DNA of 63,809 nt, counting the filler, from Octopus bimaculoides (lineage: Eukaryota), in NCBI RefSeq assembly GCF_001194135.2. It is 5 parts of 5 records of this genome, joined end to end, with 100 filler letters (N's around TTAATTAATTAA, not from the genome) between each part and the next. Parts side by side here need not be neighbours in the genome. Positions count along the whole stretch, not along the records: positions 35,565 to 61,534 come from NC_069001.1; 4 more parts are not named here. The stretch is one strand, 5' to 3'. Shown here piece by piece: positions 39,630 to 53,250 of the stretch; the stretch's first letter is position 1, and each line of letters starts with the position of its first letter. The notes under the pieces were generated by a model, which worked only from the letters and a program-made list of their open reading frames with translations, was not told the DNA's origin and did no database searches. The translations under genes and the position numbers were made by a program.

Positions 39630-41299
39630 CTTTAACCTCACAATCAGAACATCACCTCTCTGCTAAAATTATTTTATATCTCCTCTTCTATATCATCACT
39701 ACCTTCAATTAACATTTTAAACCACGTAATGAATATTATATTCCCCCTACCTCACGTCATGAATCCTTCTTTCTCCATCTTTTTCTTTCTCCCTTTTTCT
39801 GTCTCACTCTTCACGTTTTCCTTTTTTTCTCCCTCCTTTTTCTTTCTCCATTCTTTCCCTTCAACTAATCACGTGAAAGAGTTACAATTATATTCCCCCT
39901 ATCTTGTGTCATGGCCGCCTCTCTCCCTTTTTTCTCCATCTCTTTTCTTATCACGTGAAAGCGTTGACGACGGGCTAAGTAACGGAATGACAAACAAATT
40001 TTTTGTTAATGTACCAACGTCGTTAAAATAATATAAAATAGTATAAACTGTTAAATTTCCGTGCGCAAGGGCCACACCTCATTTTGCTAAAACTAGTTCA
40101 AACCGGCTGCTAATATTCTAATAGACCAATATGTTTTTAAAATCCAGATATGTTTGGGTGCTAAAGTATCTTTACAACGAATTTTAGTATATGCTTTGTA
40201 TATAGATTTCTGCATTAATGAATCATTTTTCATCTTTACTGAATACAGCAACCTCTTCCATTATAAAGGAGGCCATTTGAAGTAGAAACCATCTCTCTCA
40301 TAATTCATTGGTATTCTGGTAGAAATTCTGCGTTTTAGTGCAAGTTTCTTTGAAAAGCTTCTGTGAGATAAAATATTATATCTAGCACCTATTTCTGATT
40401 CTATACACTTTATATATTCGTAGACACAGTGGTATTGTATTTCCATTGATACACACGCGCACACGTGTATTTATAGGCATTCTGCTCTCTTCCTCTCCCC
40501 TCCCATACCCATCTTCCCCCTCTCTTACATCCACCTTCCCCTTCTCCCTGCTCGTCAACACCCCCTCATAAGCTCATCCCACCACACCCCAACACACTCC
40601 TACTCTACCTTCCCACTCCACCCCATCCAATTCCTTACACCCACCACCCACCCCTACCCACATACCCCATCCTACCCACAGACCCCTACCTCTACCNNNN
40701 NNNNNNNNNNNNNNNNNNNNNNNNNNNNNNNNNNNNNNNNNNNNNNNNNNNNNNNNNNNNNNNNNNNNNNNNNNNNNNNNNNNNNNNNNNNNNNNNNNNN
40801 NNNNNNNNNNNNNNNNNNNNNNNNNNNNNNNNNNNNNNNNNNNNNNNNNNNNNNNNNNNNNNNNNNNNNNNNNNNNNNNNNNNNNNNNNNNNNNNNNNNN
40901 NNNNNNNNNNNNNNNNNNNNNNNNNNNNNNNNNNNNNNNNNNNNNNNNNNNNNNNNNNNNNNNNNNNNNNNNNNNNNNNNNNNNNNNNNNNNNNNNNNNN
41001 NNNNNNNNNNNNNNNNNNNNNNNNNNNNNNNNNNNNNNNNNNNNNNNNNNNNNNNNNNNNNNNNNNNNNNNNNNNNNNNNNNNNNNNNNNNNNNNNNNNN
41101 NNNNNNNNNNNNNNNNNNNNNNNNNNNNNNNNNNNNNNNNNNNNNNNNNNNNNNNNNNNNNNNNNNNNNNNNNNNNNNNNNNNNNNNNNNNNNNNNNNNN
41201 NNNNNNNNNNNNNNNNNNNNNNNNNNNNNNNNNNNNNNNNNNNNNNNNNNNNNNNNNNNNNNNNNNNNNNNNNNNNNNNNNNNNNNNNNNNNNNNNNNA

Positions 41300-41375
<76 letters not shown>

Positions 41376-41615
41376 CACATATATATATACATGTCTGCGT
41401 GCGTGTGTGTATCTCGTTCTCTCTCTAGATATGTATATATATATATACGTATATTTTTAGCTATATATAGTTATATTTCTATATACATATATACATGTGT
41501 GTATATAAATGCATGTATACACATTTATATATACGATCATGTATAACTATATTCGTGCATGTATATATATATATATATATCACTCTCTTCTTACATATAC
41601 ATGTGTGTATTTATA

Positions 41616-41668
<53 letters not shown>

Positions 41669-42539
41669 TCATATATACATATGTATATCTTTATATATAT
41701 ATGCATATGTGTGTGTGTGTGTGTGTGTGTGTACACGCAAACACATACAAATACAAATGTAGTGCTTTGGTGAAATTGGCTGAATGTCAAGTACACCAAG
41801 CTAATTACATCACCTTCTTCCCTGCAGGCGTCATATCCTATTGTTGTATTATAAAGCCTAAGCTTTGTGTTGTCTCATAAAGGATTTTGAGTTTCAATTC
41901 CTCCAAGATATAATGTTTGTGCGTCCGTTTTCCTTTGCAGATCTCGTAAATTAATTACGACTAATAACCATATGTGTTCTCTACCAATTATAACCCTCAC
42001 CTTTATAGCATGCATCCGCCACCAACATCACAGCCATCTTCACACATTTTCGTGTATACTATAACTTTATCGGCAGTACCATACAATACCACCGTTACAA
42101 ACAATATCAACTGATATTGACTTCAAACTCCACCACCTGCAACTACTATGACCGCATACATCTGACTGAAATTGACAAACCAACATGCTCAACACCGCTT
42201 CTACTGTCAGTATAACCGACTCTAATGCTACGAATGATGAAAATTATGACGTGGGCCTCGACATCGTATTGCAGAAACTTTCGCTTATAATGGTTTCAAA
42301 TTTTGGTATAAGACCAGCAAACGTCTGTGCTATGAAGAGGCAATTCAATCAACTCCTGTACTCAACTACTGCACATGCTATGGATCCTGTAAGAAAGAAA
42401 GGAAGATAATTTCGTCATCAACAGTATTTGGCCTTAAAATGTAAGGAGGTTACGTCGCTAAGCCTTCGTTTCACTTGCCACATATTCCACCAACTTGTCG
42501 TTTTATATTATTTGCTATTGATGGCGATTCTATCCTAAA

Positions 42540-42745
42540 GCGGTGAGAAGGCAGAATTGCTAGCATACCGGGCAAAATGCTTACTGGCATTTTGTCTGTC
42601 TTTACATTCTGACTTCAAATTTAACGTAGTTTGACATTACCCTTCATTCTGGGTAGACAAAATAAGTATCAATTGAGCATTTAGGTCGATGTTATCGACT
42701 TACTTCTCCCCGAAATTACCTGCCTTAAGTCAAATTTTGAAATCA
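42540..42745 (+). mobile_element. SINE family B, degraded
   Basis: GGCAGAATTGCTAGCATACCGGGCAAAATGCTTA head similar to 59022-59060. Confidence 0.6.
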
Positions 42746-42829
42746 GTAATGATGACTCTATCCGTTCTTTCAACATCTTAGAGACAACAAGGAATTTCCC
42801 TCATACCACAACGTTTGTGGTTTATCCTG

Positions 42830-43780
42830 GAAAAGCCACATTGGCGTATGCTGCTTTCAAAATTTTAATTGCTTCCTGGATGAAGGTACAACCCCATGGT
42901 TTTGCATTCTCTCGTAGACCAATGAGATTGCTATCCCTAATATTTCTATTGAACCCTTATACGGCAACACCTGAGGAATATATATTAGAATTGATGGCGG
43001 TCCGAGTAAAGAAAATTTGGTAATGGAAGATTGGGTTGGTTGATTCCAGGGTAAGCTGGACACAGGAAGTGTGATATGACGAGGAAGAGACGAGTGGGAC
43101 GTGAGGGTCTTTGCTAGAACTCCACTGAAGATAAAGCTGCATGGTTAAGGGTGAGATACATGATCCATTGCCGAAACAAGTTCCAGGGAGGTCATATTAG
43201 TGTTTGATATGATGTTTTTTATATGGTTTGCTACGAGACGATCCCTTATGAAAGCAAATTCAGCAGATTTAGAGCTAATGGACTTACAGAAGAAAAGAAA
43301 TTGAATGGCTACAATGTATTTCGTAATGTAGAAGGAGGAAGGTGTTTTTACATTATATTTCTCGTGGCCATATAGGTGAAAGCTGCCTAAATATCTGAAA
43401 TATTGTTGAATACGAGAAGTGGAAACGCAGAATAAGGTCGTAACATCACAGTGTTGCACTACCATTGCCACATACCGTCTAAAGCATGGAAGAAGAGTCC
43501 TCCGATGACGAGAAGCAACGTTGGAATGTATCGGAACGTATTATGAACATATACATGATTGTTTGGATTCTTGCTGCTCGCCATACACCTCACAAACTAT
43601 CTGTTTGGTAAATATCGACAACTCATTTATTGGCTGATTTCGATAAACAAGAGCCTGTATTCTAATTAGTTTTATTAAAGTAGTGTAGCTTTGACTGAGA
43701 AGACATCCAGTTATTTCAAATATTCCTTGCAGCAGTGACTCATGTGTATTATGAACCCATATCATCTAAAGGGAGACAAC
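42830..43780 (-). mobile_element. Heavily decayed non-LTR (L1/Tx1-like) reverse transcriptase region
   Basis: Peptides in order FEITGCLLSQSYTTLIKLIRIQ..NQPI, FAFIRDRLVANHIKNII...LELVSAMDHVSH, YKGSIEILGI resemble successive RT motifs; many lesions. Confidence 0.55.
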
Positions 43781-44379
43781 AGCAATGAAATATTCATGTC
43801 CGAATCTGTGTAAGTCTATATCGAAGGAATTATTGGTTAATTAAGGAATTCCTAGAAGTTTTGATCTATGTAGGTGTAATATCCAGCTGAAGGTGATTCA
43901 GTAGCTTCAAGCGAAAAGTAAGGATGATAAAAAAAAATATAAATTGTTAACGACACTTATTTCAGAACCCTATGTCACGTTCCAAATTTTCAGAAATAAA
44001 TTCCTTGGAATGTTTTTGAATGCAAAAGAATGTTATTGAAGTTGCGAGTGTATGTGTGTAAGTATGTGTGTGCTGTGAGTGCGCTTGTGTTTCTAAAGGA
44101 GATTGAGAAACAGAGAGAGTGTGCGTGTGTATGCGCACGTGATATTTTTAAGGAAATTTTCTTTTCAGAGTATTATTTAATTGCAAAGTGAAGCCTTGTA
44201 ATATAATCTACAACGAAGCAAGCCTAGAAAGAACTGTTAACAGAAAAGGTCACAGGGCGCCTAGAATTTTATTTACTCATTAGAAAGTCATATATCAGAA
44301 AATACGACGTAGACATAGACACATGCACATATACACTAATCTGTATATACGAATGCATATATATATTATTATTGGGGGA

Positions 44380-44912
44380 AAGAGCAGTGCGTGCCATCAA
44401 TATGACACTGGGGTAAAATATACGAAGCCCATGACTACCAGTTTGATAGGAGTACACCAGGCACATGCATCACAACCAAACGTGCGCGACATGTGATCTC
44501 ATATCATATCAAGATACACAGCGCATGACCCTGCACGTGTGAGCCATGTTAGAATTCTCTTCAGTTCGAGTAGCCTATCCCACTCACAAGGTCTCTGAAT
44601 AAAGGTGGTTTAAGGATGTTGAACGAAACACTCATGTTTCTAACGGTGAATTATTCAAACCCCAAAGAATTCGTCTCAACACACGGCTATGATGCTCCCG
44701 CACTACTTCTGCTTGTAATGAGAGATGCACATATCTTCAGCCACTGTGGAACATGCTCAACTGGTTAAGGTCAAATAACTAACAAGCAGATCTGTGGTAT
44801 TAAGCAGAATATTTGCTGTAGCCCATTTTTTATACCAAGACAAAACCACGTACATGATAACACTTCCAATCAGTTAAGATGAGAAGCCATGAGAGCCACA
44901 GCCTGGTACTGT
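44380..44912 (+). mobile_element. Interspersed repeat family D, longer copy
   Basis: Inverted homology to 11420-11790. Confidence 0.8.
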
Positions 44913-45123
44913 ATGTATCTATCTATCTCTCTACCTAAGTACGTATGTATGTATGTATGTATGTGCGATACAAACAAGGTAATATTTTTTCGAATGTAAC
45001 ATTGCCGTGGCAAGAGCAGAAATAATGTTTAAATTAACTTTAGAAAGGCAGAAGTTGTCAACAAACAGCCATTGGAGTCGAACCTATATCCCCACGGCAC
45101 CGGTAATTCGAACACTTCCAATA

Positions 45124-45575
45124 TTAGGTCGCCAAGTATGAAATTTGTAGAAAAGGAACAAAGTTTCCTAATAAATACAAGGAATACTTTTATTCTTCAA
45201 AGTAGGCACCCATATTGTCAATACACGTTTGCCATTTCACCGGTAGCTTGTCCATCCCGGAACTGTAAAAGCCTGACAATCTAGAGTCGATAAAATCTTA
45301 GAAGGCCTGTTTTACAGCATCTTTGGAATTATATTTTTTCCTATCGAAGAGTTATTCAAATTCTGGAAGAAGTTGTAGTCAGTGGGGACAAGATCAGGTG
45401 AATATGATGGAGAACTTCCAACTCCTGTAGTTTCGGCAATGTCATTTTTGTGATGTGTTGTATGGCGTTGTCATGCAATAAAACAGGAGTGGATCTGTTG
45501 ACTAGACTAGGCTGATATTTTTAGGTTTCCGCATCATTTGGTCCAGTTGGCTGCAGTGTACTTCTTTATACAATT
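45124..45575 (-). mobile_element. Mariner 3' half with terminal inverted repeat
   Basis: VLLHDNA...SYSPDLVPTDYNFF...KWQTCIDNMGAYFEE* (stop 45190-92); TA|TTAGGTCGCC mariner-like end. Confidence 0.9.
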
Positions 45576-46813
45576 CCAAATAATTTTAAATTATAAAAGT
45601 ATAATAGAATTCTAAAACTTTAAATGCTTGTGGGGATCCATCCAAGTAAAACTAGAATCAAAGGGATCCTGAGAACTGTTTGAGAACCACTACAGTAAGC
45701 CCTTCAAGGCAGTGTCTCAACATGGTTGCAGTTCAGTGATTGAAACAAGTAAAACAACGCCAATCGTTTATGGATTTGATATGATATCCTACACTCATTC
45801 AAGAGATTGTGTGGTCCTGTTCGTAAAACGGGAAATATATTTTGTCTTGTTTCTGTAAAAGAGGATGGTTGTAATTTCATCCGTATAACCGTGACTAGTT
45901 AAATTTAGCAGTAGTAGCAGTGACATAAATGAAGTTGATCGATTAAATCAATTAGTATCCCTCGTCTACACGTGTGTACCTCGATACTAACGTAAGAAAT
46001 GGTTATTTCAAATTATTGGCAAATAGAATTATTCCGACAATATACGTGCTAATCTAACACTACCTCGTTGTATGTATCCTTCAATTAAATGCCGAAATGG
46101 CACTCCTTAGAATTTGGAAACGAAATAAATTCCATTACAGAAATTGCGTTTAAATTGACATAGAAATTTTGTATTGCAAAAATATAAAAAAATGGACTGA
46201 AAAGAAACACCATATTAACATTTATTTTCGGTATGTTAGTTTTTAGATGTTTAATTGAGATATTTACTTAGGCCATTTCAAAAATGGTTTAACCTCCAAA
46301 CTGCAGACACCTAATTATCGATCTTCGATTAACCCCATTTCTAAAATGCTGAAATATTAACATACTAATGCTACAACGGCTTAAAGTAAAAGAAGGTGAC
46401 GGTAGTTTCACGGAGAACTGTCAGTGTTGAATACATGCGAGTTTCTTTCCGGTTCTTTGCGATCTGAGCTCAAACCCATGCTGAGATCAAATTTACCATT
46501 TTATTTTTTCGAATAAAGAAGAGTTTAAAAAGCTCGCTCTACAGCCGCATGAGTTTGGAAAAGTAACTTTTAAAGGAAAAACGGACCTACCAATGCCTGG
46601 TGAATGAATGGAAACTGTTGGAAGCACTGATTGTATATGTGCACGTTGTATATGTATGTATATAGATAAATATACAACCCCTTGATATGTATCTAATTTC
46701 CTGACCGCTAAAGAACGAGACTCTCGAACCTTGAGCCACTCATGTTTTCTGACATATATAAAACACACACACACACACGCACGCACGCACGCACGTGTGT
46801 GTGTGTGTGTGTG

Positions 46814-47053
46814 TTAGAAAGAATATTAAGGCAGTCAAATATCTGGATGCTTGTACATTTAAAGATTTTTATTAATATGTGACATGTTTTTATAAATCAG
46901 TGCTTGCATTTATTCTTGTAGATTCTCCAGATTTAATTGGAAAATCTACAAGAATAGATGCAAGCGCTAATTTATAAAAACATGTGACATATTAATAAAA
47001 ATCTGTAAATGCACAACCATCCAGATATCTGAATACCTTATTATTTTTTCTAA
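46814..47053. repeat. 240-bp foldback palindrome (about 115-bp arms, 8-nt loop)
   Basis: Arms are reverse complements with scattered mismatches, centre 46930-46937. Confidence 0.95.
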
Positions 47054-48308
47054 TATATAATTCCTGTACATCATCTCCAAACCTTCTAATATATATAATA
47101 GTCAAAGCAATTAATAAAAAAACTACAAAAGATGCGTGGGACGTTCACAGTTAAAACATTAGGCTCGTACTCAAAGACGGAAAAGTTGTAGAGTAATTGT
47201 GTAACGTTCCAGAAATAGTCCATCCTCGGATACTAAACTAAAGTACAAGCGAGACTGGGAAGAGAGGAAATGGGATAAATATGTGAAGACTGATAAAAAA
47301 AAAAATCATGGATTAGGTTCACATATTACACATACACTTATTTCCACTTATATACGTCTGTATGTGTATGCGTAAGTGTATGTATGTGCCCGTGCGCGCG
47401 CGTGTGTCTGTGTGCATGTGTTGATATATATGGACGCGTACATTAGATATATTGGTGATGAAACCTTAAATTAAATATAGTATAATACCAAATATTCTAT
47501 TAGTGGAATCTACGAGATGATTTTTAAATTGATGAACACCCACATATGCTGTGATACACGTGTACATAGAGTAATCGCTGTAATATCCACTCCTTTCTGC
47601 CTGGCTGGTCTCCTATTTCTACATGCATCATTGACAAAAATCATATCAGAAGAATCATGATTTTCGCTAAAATGTACTCATAGCAAAATATTGAAACCAC
47701 AAACTTCATGGACATAATCCGTCGGTATTATTATAATCCATTTCAATCTGCTTATAATCACTTCAAACAAAACAGGTTTAAACCTGCTGAGTTATATCAC
47801 GAGCAAATGAGCATATTTTGAAGCCAGCTACATTATTATTAAAAGGCCTTAATTTTTCCTTTCATAAGCACGTGTCTCTATGAAATAACAACCGATAAAA
47901 ATGTTGGTTGATTGCTTGGTTCATTGGTTGGTTTGTTGGTTTCTTTCGTAACGCTTCTATTCTTATAGAGACAGACTACGTGAGAGAAAGAAATATACAA
48001 TAAGAGTAAACCTAACAGTCACACGATGACTAGAGAAAATAATTAGATGCAGAGAGTGAAGGGAGGGGGAGTAGGTGAATGATATTGTTATTTCCATAAC
48101 TTAAGGATTTAATACAAATATGAAATTTGTTTTTATTTAAGGTAACAGATGCTTTTATTTCGAAATTTAGCATTCATTTCATAATTCACTGAAAGTTGAA
48201 ATATAATCATTTTATGTATCCAACATTTCCTGATATCACCCACAGCGAGAAAAGTAACACATCTTGTGAGTCGTAACACTCTGTGTGCAAATGTTATATA
48301 CAGACACG

Positions 48309-48890
48309 TGCAGGCGTCGCTGTGTGGCAAGAAGCTTGTTTTTTTACTCATCTTTTTTGTATTCATTTCATTCATTAATGTCTGTGTCCAGCTCGCAGCT
48401 TTATGTCTGTTTGCCGTTGTTTGTCCCCTCAATGTAATGCCTTTATGGCAAAATTTATGAAATAAAGAAGCTCGCTTCCAATCCACATGGTTTCGGATTC
48501 AGTCCCACTACGTGCTATCTTGGGCATGTTTATTCTACGATAGCTTCGGGTAGACCACAGACTTGTGAATGGATTTGGTAGACGAAAACTGAAAGACGCT
48601 CGTCGTATGTATGTATGTGTGTGTGTGTGTGTGTGTGAATATATGTATGTATGTATGTATGCATGTAAATGTTTTTGTGTGTATCTTTCAGTTTGTGTTT
48701 GTTCCCCCACATTCACCTGACAACGGATCTTGGTGTGTTTCTGTCTCCGTAGTGTAGCGGTTCGGGAAAAGAGAGCGATAGAACAAATCATAGGCTTGCA
48801 AAAATAATAAGTCCTGAAGTGAATCTCTTTGATTAAAACCCTTGAAGGAGGTACTTCAAGATGGCCACAGTCAAATGACTGAATCATAAA
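48309..48890 (+). mobile_element. SINE family A interrupted by a 128-bp insert in its head
   Basis: Head split at duplicated AAGAAGCT (48329-36, 48465-72). Confidence 0.85.
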
Positions 48891-50452
48891 AACGAATATA
48901 TCAAGAAAGTGAATCTTTGAGCGTTGTATATGCCATGTTTTGTTTATATATTAACCATAGTTAGAAAAGTTACACATCATGTGATCGATAACATTCTGGG
49001 TGTACATGTTACATAGGTATATGAAGTTAATTTATAAATACTGTATGTATGCTATGTTTACTGATATTAACCATTAGTGAGAAAATTATATTTCCAAACT
49101 TACCAGTCATACGTCTGGTAACATTGTAGTATATTAATGGCTGCCTATTATTATTATCACAAAACACATTTCAGACATACCTTTCAGTTACACGTTCAGC
49201 AGTAAATTAGTTTTCTTACGCAGCAATATGTGATAACAATTTGTAATATTTAATCTACTTCTTTTAGAAACATATATGTAGTTAGTTTGTTTTCATACAG
49301 CCACAGCAAAGTAACGTATTTCCTTCTAATATTAAAACAGGTTTCCAAACAGATATCATCTAATAATTTGGTTAATCTTAATAGCATTTGTATCTAACTA
49401 CCATCAACGAAATACCCAGTCATTCATCACTTTTGTTCTTCTAAAATTCGAAATTTGTTTTATACTTTCTCTTAGATCGTAAAAGCTGATACCATACCTA
49501 TCATTCTCATAACTTTCCCTTTGAACATAATTCTAAATATATATAATTATACTGGCATAAATTACTTTTGCACACTTACAGTAGAAGCATACATAAACAA
49601 CAGCAGTTAAACAAAACCTTGTAAAATAATATAAACAAAATATAACTATTATCGAGATATGTTTAATTCAAATAATTTCGAATTATAACAAACCAAAATA
49701 TTATTCTTTTATAATCAATTGTAAACCATATCTATCTTAAATATTCTTAATATAATCGTATTAAATACATCTTTAATGGTTCTTGAAAGCAGTATTAATA
49801 CGTAAGAGTTTGAAAACATGCTTAATATAGAGAAATACAAATTATCGCCTATCCATTTTGCAGCTATATACACATAGTTTCAGTAAATAAAACTCTACTC
49901 TTTCACTCTCAATCCCTCACCCACACACACACTCTCTCTATCTCTCTCTGTCTCTCGATCTATCTAAATACCTATTTATCTATCTCTTCAAATATATATA
50001 TATNNNNNNNNNNNNNNNNNNNNNNNNNNNNNNNNNNNNNNNNNNNNNNNNNNNNNNNNNNNNNNNNNNNNNNNNNNNNNNNNNNNNNNNNNNNNNNNNN
50101 NNNNNNNNNNNNNNNNNNNNNNNNNNNNNNNNNNNNNNNNNNNNNNNNNNNNNNNNNNNNNNNNNNNNNNNNNNNNNNNNNNNNNNNNNNNNNNNNNNNN
50201 NNNNNNNNNNNNNNNNNNNNNNNNNNNNNNNNNNNNNNNNNNNNNNNNNNNNNNNNNNNNNNNNNNNNNNNNNNNNNNNNNNNNNNNNNNNNNNNNNNNN
50301 NNNNNNNNNNNNNNNNNNNNNNNNNNNNNTATATTTCTATAACGTACCTTTCTAGAAAAATCTTTCTTTTCGTGATACGGGACTTGACTGCCCTTTCTAG
50401 CATGTAAGAGATCTACATAGTGGATTTCTCTCCGTGTATAGAATTTTATGCA

Positions 50453-50496
<44 letters not shown>

Positions 50497-50507
50497 GGAT
50501 GTATATA

Positions 50508-50544
<37 letters not shown>

Positions 50545-52507
50545 GTATGTAGGTGAGTAGGTACGTACGTACGTATATATTTTGGAAGGTTTGTATGTAT
50601 GCATGACTGCATATCTCCGTCCATGTGTGGACGTATGTACAAGTATTTGTGTATATAAACATACACATATACACGTACATACGTCAACACATTTATATAT
50701 ATGTAAACATTTATGTGTATTCCCTTAACGAATACGAACACACCAGTAACTCTTAATCAAGACATTCAAGTTTTAGCTTTCACTCAAAATTCTTGTGGCT
50801 ATCCTGAATAACAAACACCTAAATATTCTTAGTAAATCTACCAAAGCAGCCATGTAGCAGCTATCTACTTGTGAATGGCCTTGTGTTTACGATTTTTGTT
50901 ATTTCTGTATTCAAATTTCTGTTCAGTTGATAATCATATTATTCATCCTGTTTTCGTTTCCATTGTTGCGGTTTTTAATATTTCTTCTCGAACGAAAATA
51001 GAGAAGAAAAAAATAACAACAACAACAACAAAAAAAACGAAGAGACAGAAGCAATGAACGAAAGCGTTTGATTGATTTTTATCGCCTACCCTCAGGCATG
51101 AGATCTTTAATAAGAAACAGGAAACCTTGTGTAAAATTCTTCCATAGAGGTCTTTCGGGTTCCTCTCTTATCTTGGTTATGAAATGTACTTGTTAATGGG
51201 AAGGTGAATAAGAATATTCTCTTTTTTTTTTAAATCACGCAATTTAGCGAAATTTATTTGACGAGAAGGCCAAGGGTTGATAACATGCTAATGCAATTTG
51301 TATTTAGTTTCTCGCTGATAAAATGATAAACAGCATTTTGTGAGTTCTGAAAGAAGCGGAGATGTGTTTGAAAAAGAAGAGAAGCGAAAAAAAGAAAAAC
51401 ACGAAAAAAGCCTGAAACAAAACAGAATAGTAATAAAATAAACAAAATTACTTCTCAATGGCTGCAAGTGTGAACAATGCAGCGGAAGAAGGAATCTTTT
51501 GCAATGAAAATGTTTTTACCTTCTACAATAGGGTTGTAAAAATATACATGACACCAATTTAGCATCGAAATTTTTGGCATTGTTAATCTTGTGAACAGCG
51601 TAGTCTAATATCGAGTAGAATAATAGAACAACGTAATACAATAAGTTGCGTGAAGGGCTATGTTTGGCCATTTTTATCTGACAGCAGGGGTAGTTCTATT
51701 ACTTTGTATTGGGTTAAGTAACGAGCTGTAAATGCCTAACGAAAATCCTAAACTGGATGTCAGCTAATATTGCTTTCCGAGAATATAACAACTCAACATC
51801 TTAACCTCTATTACGTCAGCAGAATCTATCTTAAATTGCTGCCTTCCATGTTTAAAACACAAAACAAAATGAAGGAAATTATAAAATGACAAAGGATACA
51901 ATTGGTAAACTAATCCTCGGTACATGATTTCGAAACATAGGCAGCAATATGGTAACGTTTAGAAGGCCTTTGATCATAGAATTATTTATTCTGGTCTGAT
52001 CTTGAGATAAGTAAGGAAACTGAACAAACGTGGCGCATCTACGTGCTACTCAATCTGCAAGAAATAACAGTGAAAATTCAAATTACATCATAGAGTTTTG
52101 GGGAAAGGAACGGGTACATTGACTGGTATAGTTTGAAAATTGACCAAATGGTCAAGTATATGAGATTGGTAATAAACTTGTTAGCAATAGCACGAATGAT
52201 TGTTACAGAGTTTGGCAAAGCTTGTTGCAATCTTTCCCATTGATGAATCATCAACATGCCAAATCTGCAGGATTCCATAAAGAGAAACAATAAAAAAAAA
52301 GATAAATAAATTCCAGCGAATATATTCCAGTTATGCCTGTTTCAACAAGAAGAATACTCCGGTGCTACTAAAATCATAGCGACACAAACTTCTTAAAGTG
52401 AGGCAGTTTGCATGTGCAGCCTTCAGAATCGCTACAGATTTTGGTTCTTAATATCGGCATGGGTAAACAACGAATACGTTTAACGTATCAAGAAAGGCAT
52501 TGCTACC

Positions 52508-52642
52508 AAAATTCATTCACAAGGCTTTGGTCGGCCCGAGGCTATAGTAGAAGACACTTACCTGAGGTGCAAAGCAGTGGGACTGAACCCAGAACCATGT
52601 GGTTGGTAAGCAAGCTACTTACTGCACAGTCAGTCATGCACC

Positions 52643-52644
<2 letters not shown>
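52508..52644 (-). mobile_element. SINE family A, 5' half
   Basis: CAAGGCTTTGGTCGGCCCGAGGCTATAGTAGAAGACACT is an exact family A segment. Confidence 0.9.
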
Positions 52645-52690
<46 letters not shown>

Positions 52691-52744
52691 CACNNNNNNN
52701 NNNNNNNNNNNNNNNNNNNNNNNNNNNNNNNNNNNNNNNNNNNN

Positions 52745-52785
<41 letters not shown>

Positions 52786-53207
52786 TACATATATCTGCCT
52801 GTGTTTACTAATACGGGTTGGGTCTGCATGAGCGAGAGAGAGAAAAAATATAAGGGTTTTGTTTTATTTTTTTTTTAGGTTTTGAACTATATATTTAATA
52901 GCGTTTGCAAATGTACATGTGGATTGGGTGTTTGTTTGTTCGTGTATAAATGAATGAATAATGGATGAAAAAAATAGAGAACAAGTAAAACTTTAACCGC
53001 AGTGAGGTCAAATGATGACGGTTATCTATGAGAATTTATGGTCAAGGTCAGTAACATTCGAATATATGTTAGTGAGAATATTTGTGCTTTTAAAAGAATA
53101 GTCTTCATATTGTGTGCATCTGTTTGTATGAGTGTGTGTTCAATAACAATGAAGTTGCTCTTCTAAATTGATGTTCGTGTGCTGTTGGTGGTGGTGTGTG
53201 TGTGTAG

Positions 53208-53250
<43 letters not shown>

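Noticed and set aside
40050-40097. Second Helitron-like 3' end (CCGTGC...CTAGT)
   Set aside because: Hairpin is broken and the distance to CTAG is atypical
52205-52270. Minus-strand candidate exon IWHVDDSSMGKIATSFAKL after a pyrimidine-rich CAG
   Set aside because: Weak donor and no recognised protein
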